This document shows positions 12,601-27,600 of a DNA stretch of 64,000 nucleotides, one piece after another. A model generated the notes under the pieces. The model had not been told where the DNA came from, made no database searches, and saw only the letters and a program-made list of their open reading frames with translations. The number at the start of each line of letters is the position of its first letter. Position 1 is the first letter of the stretch. Both the position numbers and the translations under genes were made by a program. Source of the stretch: Enoplolaimus lenunculus (taxonomy: Eukaryota); the NCBI GenBank assembly GCA_030248215.1, contig JASANG010002092.1:248001-312000 (forward strand), written 5' to 3'.

Positions 12601-15600
12601 TTGTAATATTGACAACACAAATTTTTTTGAATTTAGTGATTTAAGAATACTCAGTCCGAATTTTTTAAAATATCAGAAGTTGTAAATGTCAGCAAACGAT
12701 AGTGTTTGGCTTTGTTCGCGGTGACCGTATATTTGTTTTAATAACGATTTAGAGTATAATGATATGAGCGGACATGGCGAAGTGTGCTTGGACGATAATA
12801 TAATACAATCACAACAGCATCTCGCTGCGACTGGTGGTACTGTAGGTGTTATTTCACCCTCGGCGACACCATTGTTGACAACATCAGCCATAGGTGATCC
12901 AACGCTGTTGCGCAATAAATCACAAGTGAACACAACCGCTACAGATGACGATACAATATTCGAAGGTGAAGCGTATCGAAATTGCAATAATAGCGTGCTA
13001 ACTACCACCGATCAGTATACTCATTCAGGTTGTGACAGCGGCGGCACAGCTTCGAAATTATCGGGTGGCAAATTTGCGAATAGACATCCAACCAGATTAA
13101 CAAGTCGCTCGAGTCAATTGAACGGCACTTCACGGGATTCGCAGAGGCGCACCGCAGACCAAATACACCAGTTTACTGCAGGTAAGCTGTTCGGTACGAC
13201 TTGTACGGATGTCCAATTCAGGCATGAAATTAAAATCTGGTTCTAGTAATCTCACAAGCCAGATTTTTATTGCTGAAAACTATCACCTCAGTTCTGTATA
13301 TCAAACGTCAGCTTTTTTTCGTGATCGAAATTTAGATTTTAGATAGTTCAGGGCATATATACATTTGATACTAAACTGTGCAAATACATAAAATTATAAC
13401 AATGCAGATCCGTGAACAGAGGCAGGTGGAAAGGTAGAATTGCTTCGCCCCGTAGAAAAATCTTGGCTACCTCAAAACTTTTCAACCTCGTATGTAAGTC
13501 GTTGGAAACCTTTGACCCCTCCTAAATTTCTTAGCCCCATCTCTGTCTGCATGGTAAGGTGGCTGCGTGTCTGTAATAATGTTGCAGTAGCTAGGTAGCA
13601 GGGTTCTATCAGAAACTAAGTTTTACCCTAACATGAACAGGGACTGGAATCAATTTTTTTGCAGGAACCAGAACAGGAACAAGAACAGGAATTTAAAATA
13701 ATTTTCAACACCGAATTACTGTCGCACATTTTAGAAAACTTTCCAAAAAATGGCTTAAGCGAACATATTAGCTATTTCATAATCAAGCTTTGTCAAAACA
13801 GATCAAAAACATTTTCTTAATAAAATTGAACTAATTGCAAAAAGAAAAGACTGATTTCGAAATAACGATTTTTAAAGACAAAGGTTCTAATATTTAAACG
13901 ATGATGAATATTTTGCCAGAAAATCGTAGAAATTCCGGATTCTGCATCTTTAAATGCAGGAGCATTGGAAGGGACCGGAATTTTTACGATATTTTTTGGC
14001 AAATTACTAATATTTACTTTTATTATAAAGCTCAGCAACGTATGCATAGAGACTATGTATATTGTGAATAAAACGGAATCATCAGAATTGTGTCTAAAGC
14101 TTCAATCGTATCTCCATCAAAATACTCAGAATATTTGAATATTCTGGCATGAGAGCTGTTGGTACCTGCGCTACAGACGTCGAAATCCTTGCAACAGCTA
14201 GTGTTTCGGCTGCAACATGGAAATTTTTCAAAATTTCGTGGATCTCTGCAGTGGCAAAGTTTCATACCGAATATTCAAATAAGGTGTGAAAATTTACAAT
14301 TTAGCAGTTAAAAATTGCAAAGTGAATGGGAAGAAAATATTCATGTGAAACGGGGTTAATAATAAACGGTATAACAATAATAACGCAGCATTCGAAACCT
14401 TATTCAGCGAGTGATATTTAAATACACTAAGCTACCTAAATTTGCGTCACCTCCGATTTTGCCAAATTTTGTCGTTCTTCGGTTCCGGAATTTTTAAACA
14501 CCGATTGCACACAACAGTGTAGGTCGCACCACAACGTCATTTTAAAGGCATACGAAAGAAAGTTTCACTCAAACTTGGTATGCTAAAACCTACCAATTAT
14601 AAGTTATATTAGCATATAAAACGTTAATTGGAGCAAGTATCATTATAAAGACCGAAAGAACACTGCCCCACCATGTTACCAAATTACGGATATCAATAGT
14701 CTAAATACAATTAACAAATGGATTTAACATAGTAAGTAGCATATTCTACTGCAAACAATATATAGTGACAGTACAGTTAAAAGCAAACACACGGAGCAAA
14801 AAAGGTTGCTTCAAAAATTCTGCGAAATAAAAACATCCGAAAAAACGAATGACAACTGGACGCATTTTTGCGCTATGACCATGGATTAGTCTATTCACAG
14901 TTAACCAGTGGCATGCTTGCCATACGTACTCGCCCAGTACCTATTACAAATGCGTATTTCGACCGGACCGCAAAATAGCTGGGCGGTCCGCGGGCCGACC
15001 GTGCATCGTGGACCGGTGTGCATATCGCCGGACCGCAAAATAGCTGGGCGGTCCGTGGGCCGACCGTGCACCGTGGACCGGTGTGCATAACGCCGGACCG
15101 CAAAATAGCTGGGCGGTCCGTGGGCCGACCGTGCACCGTGGACCGGTGTGCATAACGCCGGACCGCAAAATAGCTGGGCGGTCCGTAGGCAGACTGTGCA
15201 CCGTGCTGGGCAGTCCGCGGGCCGACCGTGCACCGTGGACCGGTTTGCATAACGCCGGACCGCAAAATCGCTGGGCTGTCCGTGGGCAGACTGTGCACCG
15301 TGGAGCGGTCTGCATAATGCCGGACCGCAAAATAGCTGGGCGGTCCGCTGACCGACCGTGCACCGTGGACCGGTCTGCATAACGCCGGACCGCAAAATAG
15401 CTGGGCGGTCCGTGGGCAGACTGTGCACCGTGGATCGGTGTGCATAACCCGGGACCGCAAAATAGCTGAGCGGTCCGCGGGCAGATTGTGTGCCGTGGAC
15501 CGGTCTGCATAACGCCGGACAGCAATGGTCCCATACTAATGAAATGCCGATCCGGATCAGAAGTCCACCAACGATATATATAATTGATTGCTTAATTGCT

Positions 15601-18600
15601 GAACAATTCCTGATTTATACGCTGCTTTGATTCGTGGTCCAAATTTTGCCCTTTAAGCCTCCAAAACAGAACGTTTAATTTTAAACGTCGAACCAGACCG
15701 TTATACACATCATTGTTATAAGAGCCTTCGAATACTTCCTACACTTATATTCGTAGGCTTAACCTTAGGACAATGCTTGCGTATATATACCTACCAGAAT
15801 GCAACTGGAATTATAATTTACCGGAACCGGAGAAGAAATTTGAAAAAATTACCGGAAATGGAAAATGAAAAATACATGCCACCGAATAATTCATTTTACA
15901 TTTTCTTTTTTGTAATATTGGTGAAATACGTAGCCCTTGTTGGAGATAGGTATTTACATTTTCTGCTGTATTTTACATATTTATAGTCCACGGAAGCGTT
16001 TTACCCTGATATCTACACATAAACCGAAGCCTTTGCATTAGCCTTTTAAAGTCATAGCTTAAGTGTAAGCTTAAGTCTTATCCATAAATGTTGGGAAAGT
16101 GTATTTTTGCTTGCTGCATATTTCAAGACCAAAGAGTTTTTAAATGAAAGACATTTTCCAATGGCGTCTGCCATAGTTGCACGTTAGTAAGCAAATAACG
16201 AGCAAGAACACGACCATCCAAATGACCTTGCTCCCTTGTTGTCCCGAATAATACCGCTAAAACATACCGAGTAAAAGCAAACGTGCATGCAACGAACCAC
16301 TGAAATACAGTTTGTTAATTGACAAAGCAGGTAACCGCAACAAGCTAACGTTTCGCTAAGCTGGCGAAACAGATGGTAAGTTAGCGGTGACCGTACATTT
16401 GAGTTTTTCAGTTAAATAATTTGTTGGTTTTAACTTGTCACAAGTTATTTATCTCTTTAATCAATACTACGCGTCCTTCGTTCGTGTTACATTAGACACC
16501 GACTAGTGTTAATTTTCCAATTTCAGACGGTGAAGATGTGCTTGATGGAATCGTTAGTTCAAGTAACAAAATCAACAACAGCAACAGTATAACAACATTT
16601 TCCAACAGTAGTTCATCGACAATAATCTCCACTGGTGGACTGACAACTTGTTGTGGTGATAGCGCAAACACATTCGCATCTTCTCAATTATTACACGTCT
16701 ACACCGGTGATCACTATCAGCATCCGCCGCAGCACGCACACTTGAGCGCGTCTGATACCGGATATTCGACTGGAACCGGGATACCGCTAGTTGCTGGTAC
16801 TGGTAGTAGTGCTACCACCGGCCTTTGTGATAGCGGCTGTTTTGAAGTTGGATCTCAAGTGTCGCCGGGTAAGTTCAGTCGGTATGGTGTGCATGAAGGG
16901 GTGTATGAATAAGAGAGAGAAATGGAAATCCCTATACACTTCTGGAAAAAAATTTGGAAACAGAAAAAAGCGCATACATTTAATAAACTTTAGAGTAATT
17001 TTTCAATTCTAGAGGTAATAAATTTTTCGTTTACGTGAAGTTCTATATGCCATCAAGAATGATATGTTGGGTACGCTGCAGCGTATATGCGCATCTGCAG
17101 TGCAAAAATTGTAGGAAGACAAAGCGCTATGCACATAAGATAATTATTCTCCCTTTCCTGTATAAAATTCAAATTTTCATGATACACATCCTGTCCTGGT
17201 GTATGTACATAATGCAGATCACAAGTTCGATTGTAGAATATGCTTAAGTTTGTAATCTAGCAGTTTGTTGTCCAGAACGAGCGGACCAGGTGCCCAATCG
17301 CGGAAAAAGATGGTGTTGATACTAGCATACCGGCCGCAAAACTTGAAAATACAGGTTGACCATAAGGTTTTAAAGATAGGTATTTGAAATGTAAAAATTA
17401 GACAAACACGGGCTAAGCGATAAAGAAAAGACCGTAAGATTTTTGAGACTACCTGAATAGGAATTCCGGTAGTACCCTGCGATCTGCCATTTGACTCTGT
17501 CCAAGATTGTGATAGAAATATAAAATTTATTTCGATGTGACAGACGAGCCGTCTTGTAAGTTCAACACTAACAACTGACTGTTGATTTTGATTATCGACC
17601 TTGAAACGTACTAAATCGAACACTGCAGTGAACTAAAATAGTTACGCAATTATCAGAGATTCTGAAAACATATAGAAACTATGAAAAATACGAAACTACA
17701 ACTACTACACATCAGAGTTGTGCCTAACTGGTAATACTCTGAAAACTGGCGCCCGTGCAGGTAAAAAATCATGGCTCCGAGGCAACTCTAGTTGCATGTA
17801 GCTTTGTTTTGGTGAATCGTCAGCAGAAAGCCATTGTTGAAATGATAGCTGGTAAATTTCAGCAGAACCATCGCATGTGCAACCGTTTAATCACGGCCTG
17901 ACCTTGCGCGATGGTCGGAGGAAAATGCTTTTGAAATTCGTTTTTGTACCGTATGAAACTGGGACAGGAGGAGGAGAAGGATCCACAGCTTCACGTGAAC
18001 AATGCTCTTATTCACATTTTTGTACATGTTGTAAGCAGAACTATATATACTTTAAGCTTGGGTCAACTCAGGTGGCTTATTTTTGCCTGGTTTTAAATTT
18101 TTGTAACGCTATTTAGATAACATAATTATTTTTATTTTGGTAAAATTGTCGTTGTTTCTTGCGGGGTTCAGGCTGCCCTATGCGCGTCGTCGGACGCGCC
18201 GTTTTTCACAGTAAAGTATACTGGTGTTAATAGTATATATTATGTTGTTACTTAGTCGGTTTTGAAAATTTATTTCGAAACGGAATGCATCAAGTTTCGG
18301 TCACAAAAATGTGATCGCAGACTTAAATTTTTATTTCAAGTGCTATCGTCCATGACCGTAATTCCAGCCTTGTTTGTATATATATTAACGTATTTGTTTC
18401 CTCAATCATATAGTTGTTTATTTTAAAGTTACATACATTACTTTTGTTTAGGTACAAGCTTTCGCAATACAACCGGTGCTACCAGCATCGATACATCGAC
18501 ACCCGGAAGCTGCGATAGTCCAAAACTGCATAACAGAGGCATTGGAGGTTCATTGAGTCCATTATCTCCTGCAGGAAGTTATTGCCAGCAAACAAGCGAA

Positions 18601-21600
18601 TTATTAACGGTTAATCAACAACAGCGTCACACTCCTACAGGAGCTCCAGGAGGTATAGCTGAGTTGACGCCTAACGAAATGGTATCACCTGGTAATTGTA
18701 CCGCTGCCACAGCAACCGGTGTCGAATCACACTCGCTGACACAGCAAAACGCAAATTTTGTTATTGGAGGAGGACAAGGAGCTCCGCCGCAAATATCCAC
18801 TCCTGGTGCGGCAATGATGGCAACAGGAATATTGGGTAACGCTGCAGCAGCATCCGACGAGACGGGTACTGCAGGCAAACCAAAACAACAACAACAACAA
18901 CAACCTCCAGTTGACTTGAATCACTTGAAAGCGCAATTGCAGCGGCAGTTAGAGTTTTATTTTTCTAGGTTAGCAAGTAATTGATTGCCTAGCTACGAAG
19001 TATTTATACAAGTTAATATTCTTGTTTGTTATAATGACATGACATTCCTAAGACTATGCCCCATATTCTCCGATGTGTATCGCAACTATTATCAGTTATT
19101 AATAGGTTTTCAATGTTTTCAAACTCTCGAACTATTGCATTTGTTGAACTCAAAATTGTTTTTACTTAGTACTTTAAATTGAAGTTTCCAGTTCCACAAG
19201 TGGACTCTTATTAGTGCTTGGGTCGCCAATGAAAGGATTGTGTTCAAAGTATATACTGAAAAACCTATCGTTTCAGATTGACTGCGGTTACGTTTTATTG
19301 TTTTTCAGAATTGATTTCACGTGTAATGTGATTATTATAGCTGTCCTCACACAACTGAAAATTGTTACATGTAATCAATACTTATACGACAGTATGTATT
19401 GTTCTGTTCATGGTATCGTGTCGTGATATGTTGTTGTTTAGAGAAAATCTCTCGACGGATTCGTATTTGCGATCTCAGATGGACAACGATCAGTATGTTC
19501 CGATCGAAGTTGTCGCCAAATTCAACAAAATCACACAAATGACCAAAGACCTGAGTTTGATAGTTGACGTGCTCAAAGGTTAGTAACACGCCAACAGCAC
19601 AAGCTATTTTTTATGTCGATATAGATAGACTGAGAAGTATGTAATTAACAAATTGCGGCAGGTTACATTTGCTACCAGAGCTCAAGTAACAGGTACGTAC
19701 ATGCAACGTCACCATGAACTATAATGTACCTAAACTGAGAGAGACATGCAAATTGCAACATATGTGAGCTACAAAGTCAAGCTATTTGTTTATACAATAA
19801 TATTTGGGCTCTACTCGCTTTGTCCTACTAATGCTTAGGCAAAGCGGATTAACTAATCTTTTTCCTATACCTTTACCTTTGGGTGGAGTGTTCAAGAGCC
19901 CAATATTTGTTTTATTATAGGTATCGAACGTTTCGGGAAATTGTAATCTTTCTCGTTTGTTTAAACACTCTTTCAGAGTCTCGTAATGTTCAAGTGGATT
20001 CGAGCGGGCAAAAAGTACGCCCTTGCCACAAAAGGTGCTCTCTGATCTTGCGTGAAATTCCTGAAGGCACTCAAATTAAAGTAAGTTGCGAAGTAGTATT
20101 CCACTAAGTTCGCAGTTTTCCTTTGGGAATTATGTCATATGAACAGTCGCCTTACTTGCCCTCCATTTGGGCTTTTAGTGTAAAAGTTGTAAGAACAAAG
20201 CTTATAGAGCATAACACTGTCGTTTTAGAAGTTTCCACCTTTTAGATTGGCTGTGCAGGGTATTCCACTGATGTCTGCTATTGTACGGACTACTTCCAAA
20301 TATTGTGTAGTGTTTGTAATGCCGTTGTAGGATGTGGAAGCGCTTTTCATTCACGATAAGTGTCCGCGATTTTTGGAATGTGAATACGCGCACAACAACA
20401 GTTGGTATGTGACATTTGAGTCAGACGAAGATGCACAACGGGCGTTTCAGTATTTACGTGAACACGTCAAAACGTTCCACGGAAAGCCAATAATGGTTAG
20501 TCCACCGCTTTCTTTATTTACCTTACTTTGCGAAACTATAGCTTTATTTGAGGAGTCAGGGCCCCGGAAAGTTCATTGGTGCCCATGAACCCCCATTTAG
20601 ACACCATTGGCTCATATCCAGTATATTCCATACATTTTTATTCAGTATGACCGTGACCTCAACCTGTGAACTATTTTTTACTGGAAGAGATTACTGACTC
20701 CACTGGCCGGTTGCTTAGTTCAACGGTTTAGCATTTTATGGCCGTTTTGGTTTCTGTTGTTTTGGTGACAATCAATTTTTGTTTGTGAGGATTTGGATAC
20801 TGTCGAAAACTACTGCGGGTCTTTCTAAAGTGTGCAAATGTAACAGATTACCAATATTCCAATGGTGGCACTGGCAGGAAACCGACATCCGTATCCCGTT
20901 TCAGTATCTTGTGCGACTATTTCCGGACAAGTCAAGAAGCTTAAGTTATTGACACTGAAGTAAAACGAAAAATTCAAGTTAAAATTAATTTTAATTCAGC
21001 ATATAAATAAATCCTTTTGCGTGACTACTGGTTATCATCCGATTATGGCAAAAAATTTACTAGTAACATTACCATCCAGTCGGTCCCGCCCTGAACGTAC
21101 GTCTTTCGATTTCTTTTGTTTAAAAGTATTATATATCCTTTTTGATGGATTTAAAAGTAATAATAAACGTTTACCAAAAAGTTGTTAGTGTCACCTTAAA
21201 TGATGATTGAACCGCTACACATAAGCTATATTTTAATGTTTTATTTTTTCTCTAACAGGCCCGCATTAAGATGCGGCCAATGCCTCGCGTCAATGTTGCT
21301 GCACCTGTAACTGCACCAACCAAATCAGGCGCGCCTGGTGTCGGCGGTAACAATAGTTTAGACGGTCGCCCAACGCCACCGAATTCGCTTGCAATTCTCA
21401 CTCACGCTACGAGTGCGTTAGGCGCTGGTATAGCTGGTAACAGTGGTGGTAATGGTGGGTTTAGTTCTCATAATAGTACAACAGCAACCACGCCGCAGCA
21501 TCATTTTGGTAGCGGTGCACTGTCGCCAGTTGATTCGACAACAAGTTCAACATATTTAACACCGTTGGGTGCTTTAACGCCAGCTGTGGCCGCAGCCACT

Positions 21601-24600
21601 GCTGCTGTGACTGGACAAAATAGCGTTGTGAATGCGTACAAGCCAGTAACAACAGCTGTAGGTACGGCAGCATCCGCAAATGGTGTTGTTACAACCACGG
21701 GTTTATCGTGTTCAGTAAATAATAACATAACCACTGCTCCGGTGTGCACTGTAGTTAATGAAGGGACTGTCAGCACAATTGTTACACCCAATTATAACGA
21801 TAATATGCAGAACGCGGAGATTACGCTGATGAGTAACAACAGTTGTAAGGACGGCGCCGCCGCAGCTGTTGGCAGTGACGGTGTGCAGCAAAATACTGCA
21901 ATTCGGTATGCATCAGTCGCACCAGCAACGGGAACCGGACTAACGCCGACTCGTGTTTCTTCCGGTATTGTGTTCGTTGACGGCGGCGGAAATTGTGGTC
22001 ACTGTTCGGGTGGACAAGTCACTCCAGTTGTTTCGTCTGTCGTGTCGAGCTCCGGTGATACGCACGCAATAAACAAGGTAGGAGATGCATGCGAACAAAA
22101 CAACATTGGCATTGGACCGTCACAACACTCAATCGGTAACAGCGATGAAACTACTGTTGTAGTACAAAACGATAGTGGTGCCATAAATTGCAACGTTTGT
22201 TCATCGCTGCCTGTGGCGTGTAAACTAGGCAAAAACGAAGGATGCCAATATGGCAACGGCAATTGTGAGAAAACCAAAACAGCTGTTGAAGGCACCGCAG
22301 TTGATGGCGATAACAATGTACAGAATATTAATGTTAGTGCCAATGCTTGTAGTAAATGTCAAAGCTGTATCGAAGTCGCTCATAATAAAACCGGTGGAAT
22401 GGATACGCACCAGCATTGTGTAGTGAACCAAAACATCAACTCTGTTGACACTGTTATAATATGTGAATGCCAGACGAGCAATGTTATTGCTGTTAATACG
22501 GGTGAAAATGGTTCTCTTATCGTACAAACTGGAAACGAAACTCAAAGTCAAAGCGGCCATGTCGCAATTGATCACAGAGTTGACACAAAGTGCACTAATG
22601 GTAATACTGAAAAGTTATTGTCCTCATCGGAAGCTAAACATAAAACAAAACATTTAGCCGATGATAGCAACAATGATGATACTAACGAGTTTGGATTGTT
22701 GTGTAAGGCGGCAACAAATAACGGTACAGGGGCAACAACTACAGCGGCAGGATCGACTTCTATGTCATCAGATGCTAGTCACAAATCGCTTAATGATACA
22801 CTGAAGTCCGCAACAGCTGTTGACAGAAACGATGGTTCAGGGGCGAAGGAAACGGCAATGAAAAATATCAGTCAAAGTATTGCTAATAACAGTGAAGAAG
22901 AGCAACAAAACCAACAACCACAACAGCAACAAAAACAACAGCAACCGGGAATCGCGATTGTTCAACCGTACGCAAATGTGCAGTATAACCGTGCAGCGAC
23001 TGGGGCAGCATCGATTGTTGCGAATTGCAATTCTTGCAATCCACCGTTATATGACACCAGTGGGTCAGCTACAATCTCTCCAGGAGGTACCTGCAACGAC
23101 AAAACAAACCCAGATAAGTTATCGTGTTGTGGTGTACCAAATGCTTCTGGAGGATTACCTTCTATCGCACCTGCATCAATGATGACGTATCCACAAACAC
23201 AACGTGTACAGCTATTTTACTCGTTGCCACCAGGTAATACGATTGGCGCAGGCAATACTACAACCGCTGCCGCGCATCCGGTACCTGGTATGCCTGCGTT
23301 TTCACCCTTATCGTTCAATGCAGCAGCTGTTGCAGGAAGTTGTTTTCCTACAACCGGCGGTGAACCGGATCAAGAGTCTCCTCAAGTTGGTGGCAATTGC
23401 AGTGTCGCAAGTGCGAATCCAGCTGCAACTTTGAGTGCACAAGCAGCTGCGGCATACGCTCATCATCATTGCGCGGTCGCTGGTTTGAACAATTCGATGT
23501 CACCGTCCACTAGTCAGACGCAGCCAGTGATCAATCTGGTGAGCAGCGGTTCTAGCGTTATTTTATAATATAAAATGAGTTGTGTAATATTTTTTCTTAT
23601 CTGGAGTTCCGTAATTTAGCAGCTTAATATCTGTCCAAATTTTAAGGTTGGTTCTGTAACAGAACTTTACTATTCTTTGTAGTTGTCAAGGATAAAAATA
23701 TTGTGACTACATAGCGTATATTTTGAAAAAACTGTTCATTTTGGTGGCGACAACTCGTGTGCGATGTTAAGCATGTTTTATGTTTCAGATGAACTCATTT
23801 GTCGCACCGAACGTTATCAGTCCAAATTGGCCCAATAACACGACGACAATATTTAATCTGGGAGAGGTTAGTTGAGCTTAGTTTAAAACTGTGAATATAC
23901 ATTGCCAATCGTAGTAGCAAAAAACGCATATAGCAATTGTTTCACTTTTTACTTGTTCGCACTTCGATTTCGGTGGTTCAAACCCTTGAAAACCACTTTG
24001 CGTTTTTTAGCTTAAATTTAGTTTTAATCCAGCGTGTGAGTGTTACGATTATTAAGATGAAAGTAACTAAACTACGGTTTTACTATGTTAGGCGGTTCAA
24101 CGTTGAAATTTCGATAGCATGTAAAGAAACATTTTGATTTGAAGTGAGCTGGGTTTACTATAAAGAAGTAAAAAGGTACTACACAACTGTCCTTCCTGTT
24201 AAGTGGACTTCACAACACACGATCATGTTCGTCTGCTTCTAGGCCGGTTTAACTGGTTGCATGTATATACGTATTGGTCGATGAGAGCATTGTTATCATT
24301 GCCAGAAACTAAAGTCATCTCATGGCTTCGGCAGAATATCAAACTCCGGTGCCGGTTGAATATTTTTGGCGGAGGTTCTGGTAGTTTAATTAATACAATT
24401 TTTCGTTTGGTTTCTCATCTCAAATTCTGTTTTTCCATCTGCTCAAATTATATTTTCAGATTTTGGCTATCAATGGTTATCAGGTCCAAAGCACATATCG
24501 GCCGGTCCCAATTACAACGCCACACCAGCGCGGAGGTGGCGCAGGCCACCGAGGAAGCGGTGGAGGTCGTAACTCACGATATGGTTCTGGACGCGGCAGG

Positions 24601-27600
24601 TAAAACATTTTCGATCGACGGTAGCGATTTTGGTATCTCGAACATATTTACAGCTATGTAGAATTTTAACTGTAGTGTTGGAATATATTGTCCCGGCCAA
24701 GCATATGACATGCCGTGTGAAGGTTTTAAATTTCTAAAGCCCTACTTATGTATAGCTTAGTACTTAAGCAAGGATCGGCCGGATATTAATTTTTTAGCGG
24801 ATACCGGTACCGGAGCCGGATAGTAAATTTTGTACCGGAGCCGGATGTTAACCGGATATCGAATCTAAATTTGTACACTGTTTGGAAGTATTTGAGCGGT
24901 GCAAAAATACGTATATATGTAATGGATTTAGGATTTTTTGGTTTGGATTTTTCATTCCATGTCAGTGTCCATTCATGAATTGCTTGCAATTGCAGTCGCT
25001 TCAAAATATCTGGTATTTTGCAGGAATGGGCAGTCTCGGTCAAAAAAGCGAGACCGAGACCCAACCTACTAAGACTGAGACTTTTGGTCTCGGCCTCGTT
25101 CAATTTTAACCGTTACCGAAAATAAAAATAAGACTTTTTAAACAAAACTTTTGAATATTTTTATCTGCTCTGAATTGCCGTTATATACAATTAAACTAAT
25201 AAACGGCGCCAGACTTTATTTTTTACTTTGTTGTTAACTTGGCAACTGTCCCCATACACTTCGAACAGGTCGGGACAAATCCCACTGTCTCAAACCACCC
25301 TCAGTACAACCCTAATTCAAAGCTATAGTGTTGTTTTTTATCCCGGTCAAACTGAATAGGCTGGAGAATTTTTTAACATATCGTAAATGTTATAGATGCG
25401 ATGAACCAGATTTTTTTCACGACGCCTTAAATGTCTTAAACGCGAAAATGCAACTATTTGTGCTTTGTCACAAAAAATCAAAGCTTTTTGGAGACCGAGA
25501 CCGCCCATCCGTAGTATTTTGACGTGCAAAAACACATTTTATGATATTTGGAACCACAACCACAAATATCGGGTTTCCGGTAGGTTTATACCGGATTCCG
25601 AAGCCGGATACGGATGTCGGATTTTGCCGGATATTAAACCGGAACCGGATATCCAGTCGATTCCTGTACTTAAGTGCATGCTAAGTAATTACTCAATGTT
25701 GTCGTTTTTAAAAGCGTACTTAAGTTATTTAATTACTTAAATCGCTGACTAAATTTTATAGATTACAACTTAATCGTTCAGCTATACTAATAACCTTGAT
25801 CTTATTGTAGACTCATTGTGTATACATAATTAATCCAAAATTATTACTTTCTTGTTATGTGAATGGCTGACATTTAGCGTTTATTTGTTTTTGCGTGAAA
25901 ATTCAAGTATTTATTTACACAAGTTGACGACTTAAGTAATTGCATAAATATATCTTACGTAAATATTTGAGTAAGATATCAGAAACCCAGCCCTTGCTGT
26001 TCACTTCAAAATTTAAATGCCTGCTGTTTTCACGGTATGAACGTCTAGGGTCATCAACTTTCCATTCCTTTTGGCATACAAAATATGAATCCGACTTTAA
26101 AACTGATTTTGAAGTTCGATCGTGGTGTCAACATACTGGTGTTGAATTTATCACAAGTTTCAGGTTATATTCGGCAGGTTTTTGGCTTCCAGAACTAGAC
26201 TTTTTATTAATTGCTCATTGGCCTGAATACGAAGAGTTTTAGTTAGTTGACGCATGTTTCTTTGTGTGCGTGTCATGGGCATAGCACATTACTGAAATAT
26301 TTAGGTGCCTTGGTTCTAGAACGCTAATAAGTTTTTCTTCACTTTAGTTGTGATTTTTAACCTGCCAGTTTTAAAAAATGCGTTTGTGATCTGGCGTTAC
26401 GTACTTTGGAATTTAATCTATATGGGTAAAAACGCTAGTGTTAACTATGTTTTGTTCTATAACGTTTTAAGTACCTAATACTCACGTATAGTGTAGAAAA
26501 CAAAATTAACCCGAGCGATGACATATTATATAGCATAATAAGCAGGCGTACTATTGGGTGCAAACGGAATTCCGATTGAAAACAAGTTTCAAGTCATTTT
26601 CGATTTCGATTACACATTCAATAGCAATCGGGACTTGAGTTTTGATGTTTGCACTTGGTTAGTGTTGCAGCCGTGTTACACTTCGAAGAAATTTTCCTAC
26701 CTTTTGACAATACCGTAGCCGGGGACCGGGAACTGCGGTTCTCCCTCCTGAAATTGCTATCCAAGAAATGAAAAGTGGTAAAGTTTCACAAAAATAAAAT
26801 GAAAATCGCACTCTCGTTCGCTTCACTCGCGAACATTCAACGTATCGATATCAATCTTCACGTCTGGCATTGCATATCATGCATCTGTTAATCCTATGTG
26901 TATGTACAGAACAGGTGCAAGCGCAGTGGCGTAAGTGTTAGGTGGCTAGGATGGGCGGTCTCGGTCTAGGCAAGTCTCGAATTTGGCTGGTCTTGGTCTC
27001 GCTTTTCTTGAGTCTCAGTGGTTTACAAATCCAGATCAAAGAGGTGAAAACAATGCAAATAATTGCTATTAGCTGAGCTAGTTTGAAGTTGATGAAAGGA
27101 GGTAGCAATGCTTTGCTCGTATTTTAGACTAAATGTACATGCGTAAACCACTAAAATTGGATATATGTTTACTTCATTCAATATTATGACTGTATTAATG
27201 AAGTCTCAAGTTCCCTCAAAGTGATTATCTTGCCACATTATGACATGGATGGCTTAGGTTTATTTTTACGCCTCAGCTTAGGTATGCGGGTGTGGAAGTA
27301 AACAAGTATAAAATTGCACAACGCAAGTAATGTGAATAAGCTTTTTGCATAGTTGATCACCAAGTATATAGTGTTTTTATTAACATTGGCACTGACGGTC
27401 GCATATAATTCGCTTAAGTTTAATTTCATATGTGCGCAACGTCTGGTATAATTGAAGTTGGAGGCAGTTATGTGAAAGTTTTCATAATATACTTACAAGT
27501 TGTTTACGCACGAAGTACTTATTTTTTAAGATATAAAAATTACTTTTATGTGCTTTTCTGTGAATTTTAGCCGAGGTGCCAACTCACATCATGCACGCAA

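Noticed and set aside
14891..15534. Three overlapping 175-196 aa ORFs, and a possible CRISPR-like reading of the palindromic repeat
   Set aside because: The ORFs arise from a stop-poor 65-bp minisatellite. The units repeat in full with no unique spacers, there are no cas genes, and the context is eukaryotic.
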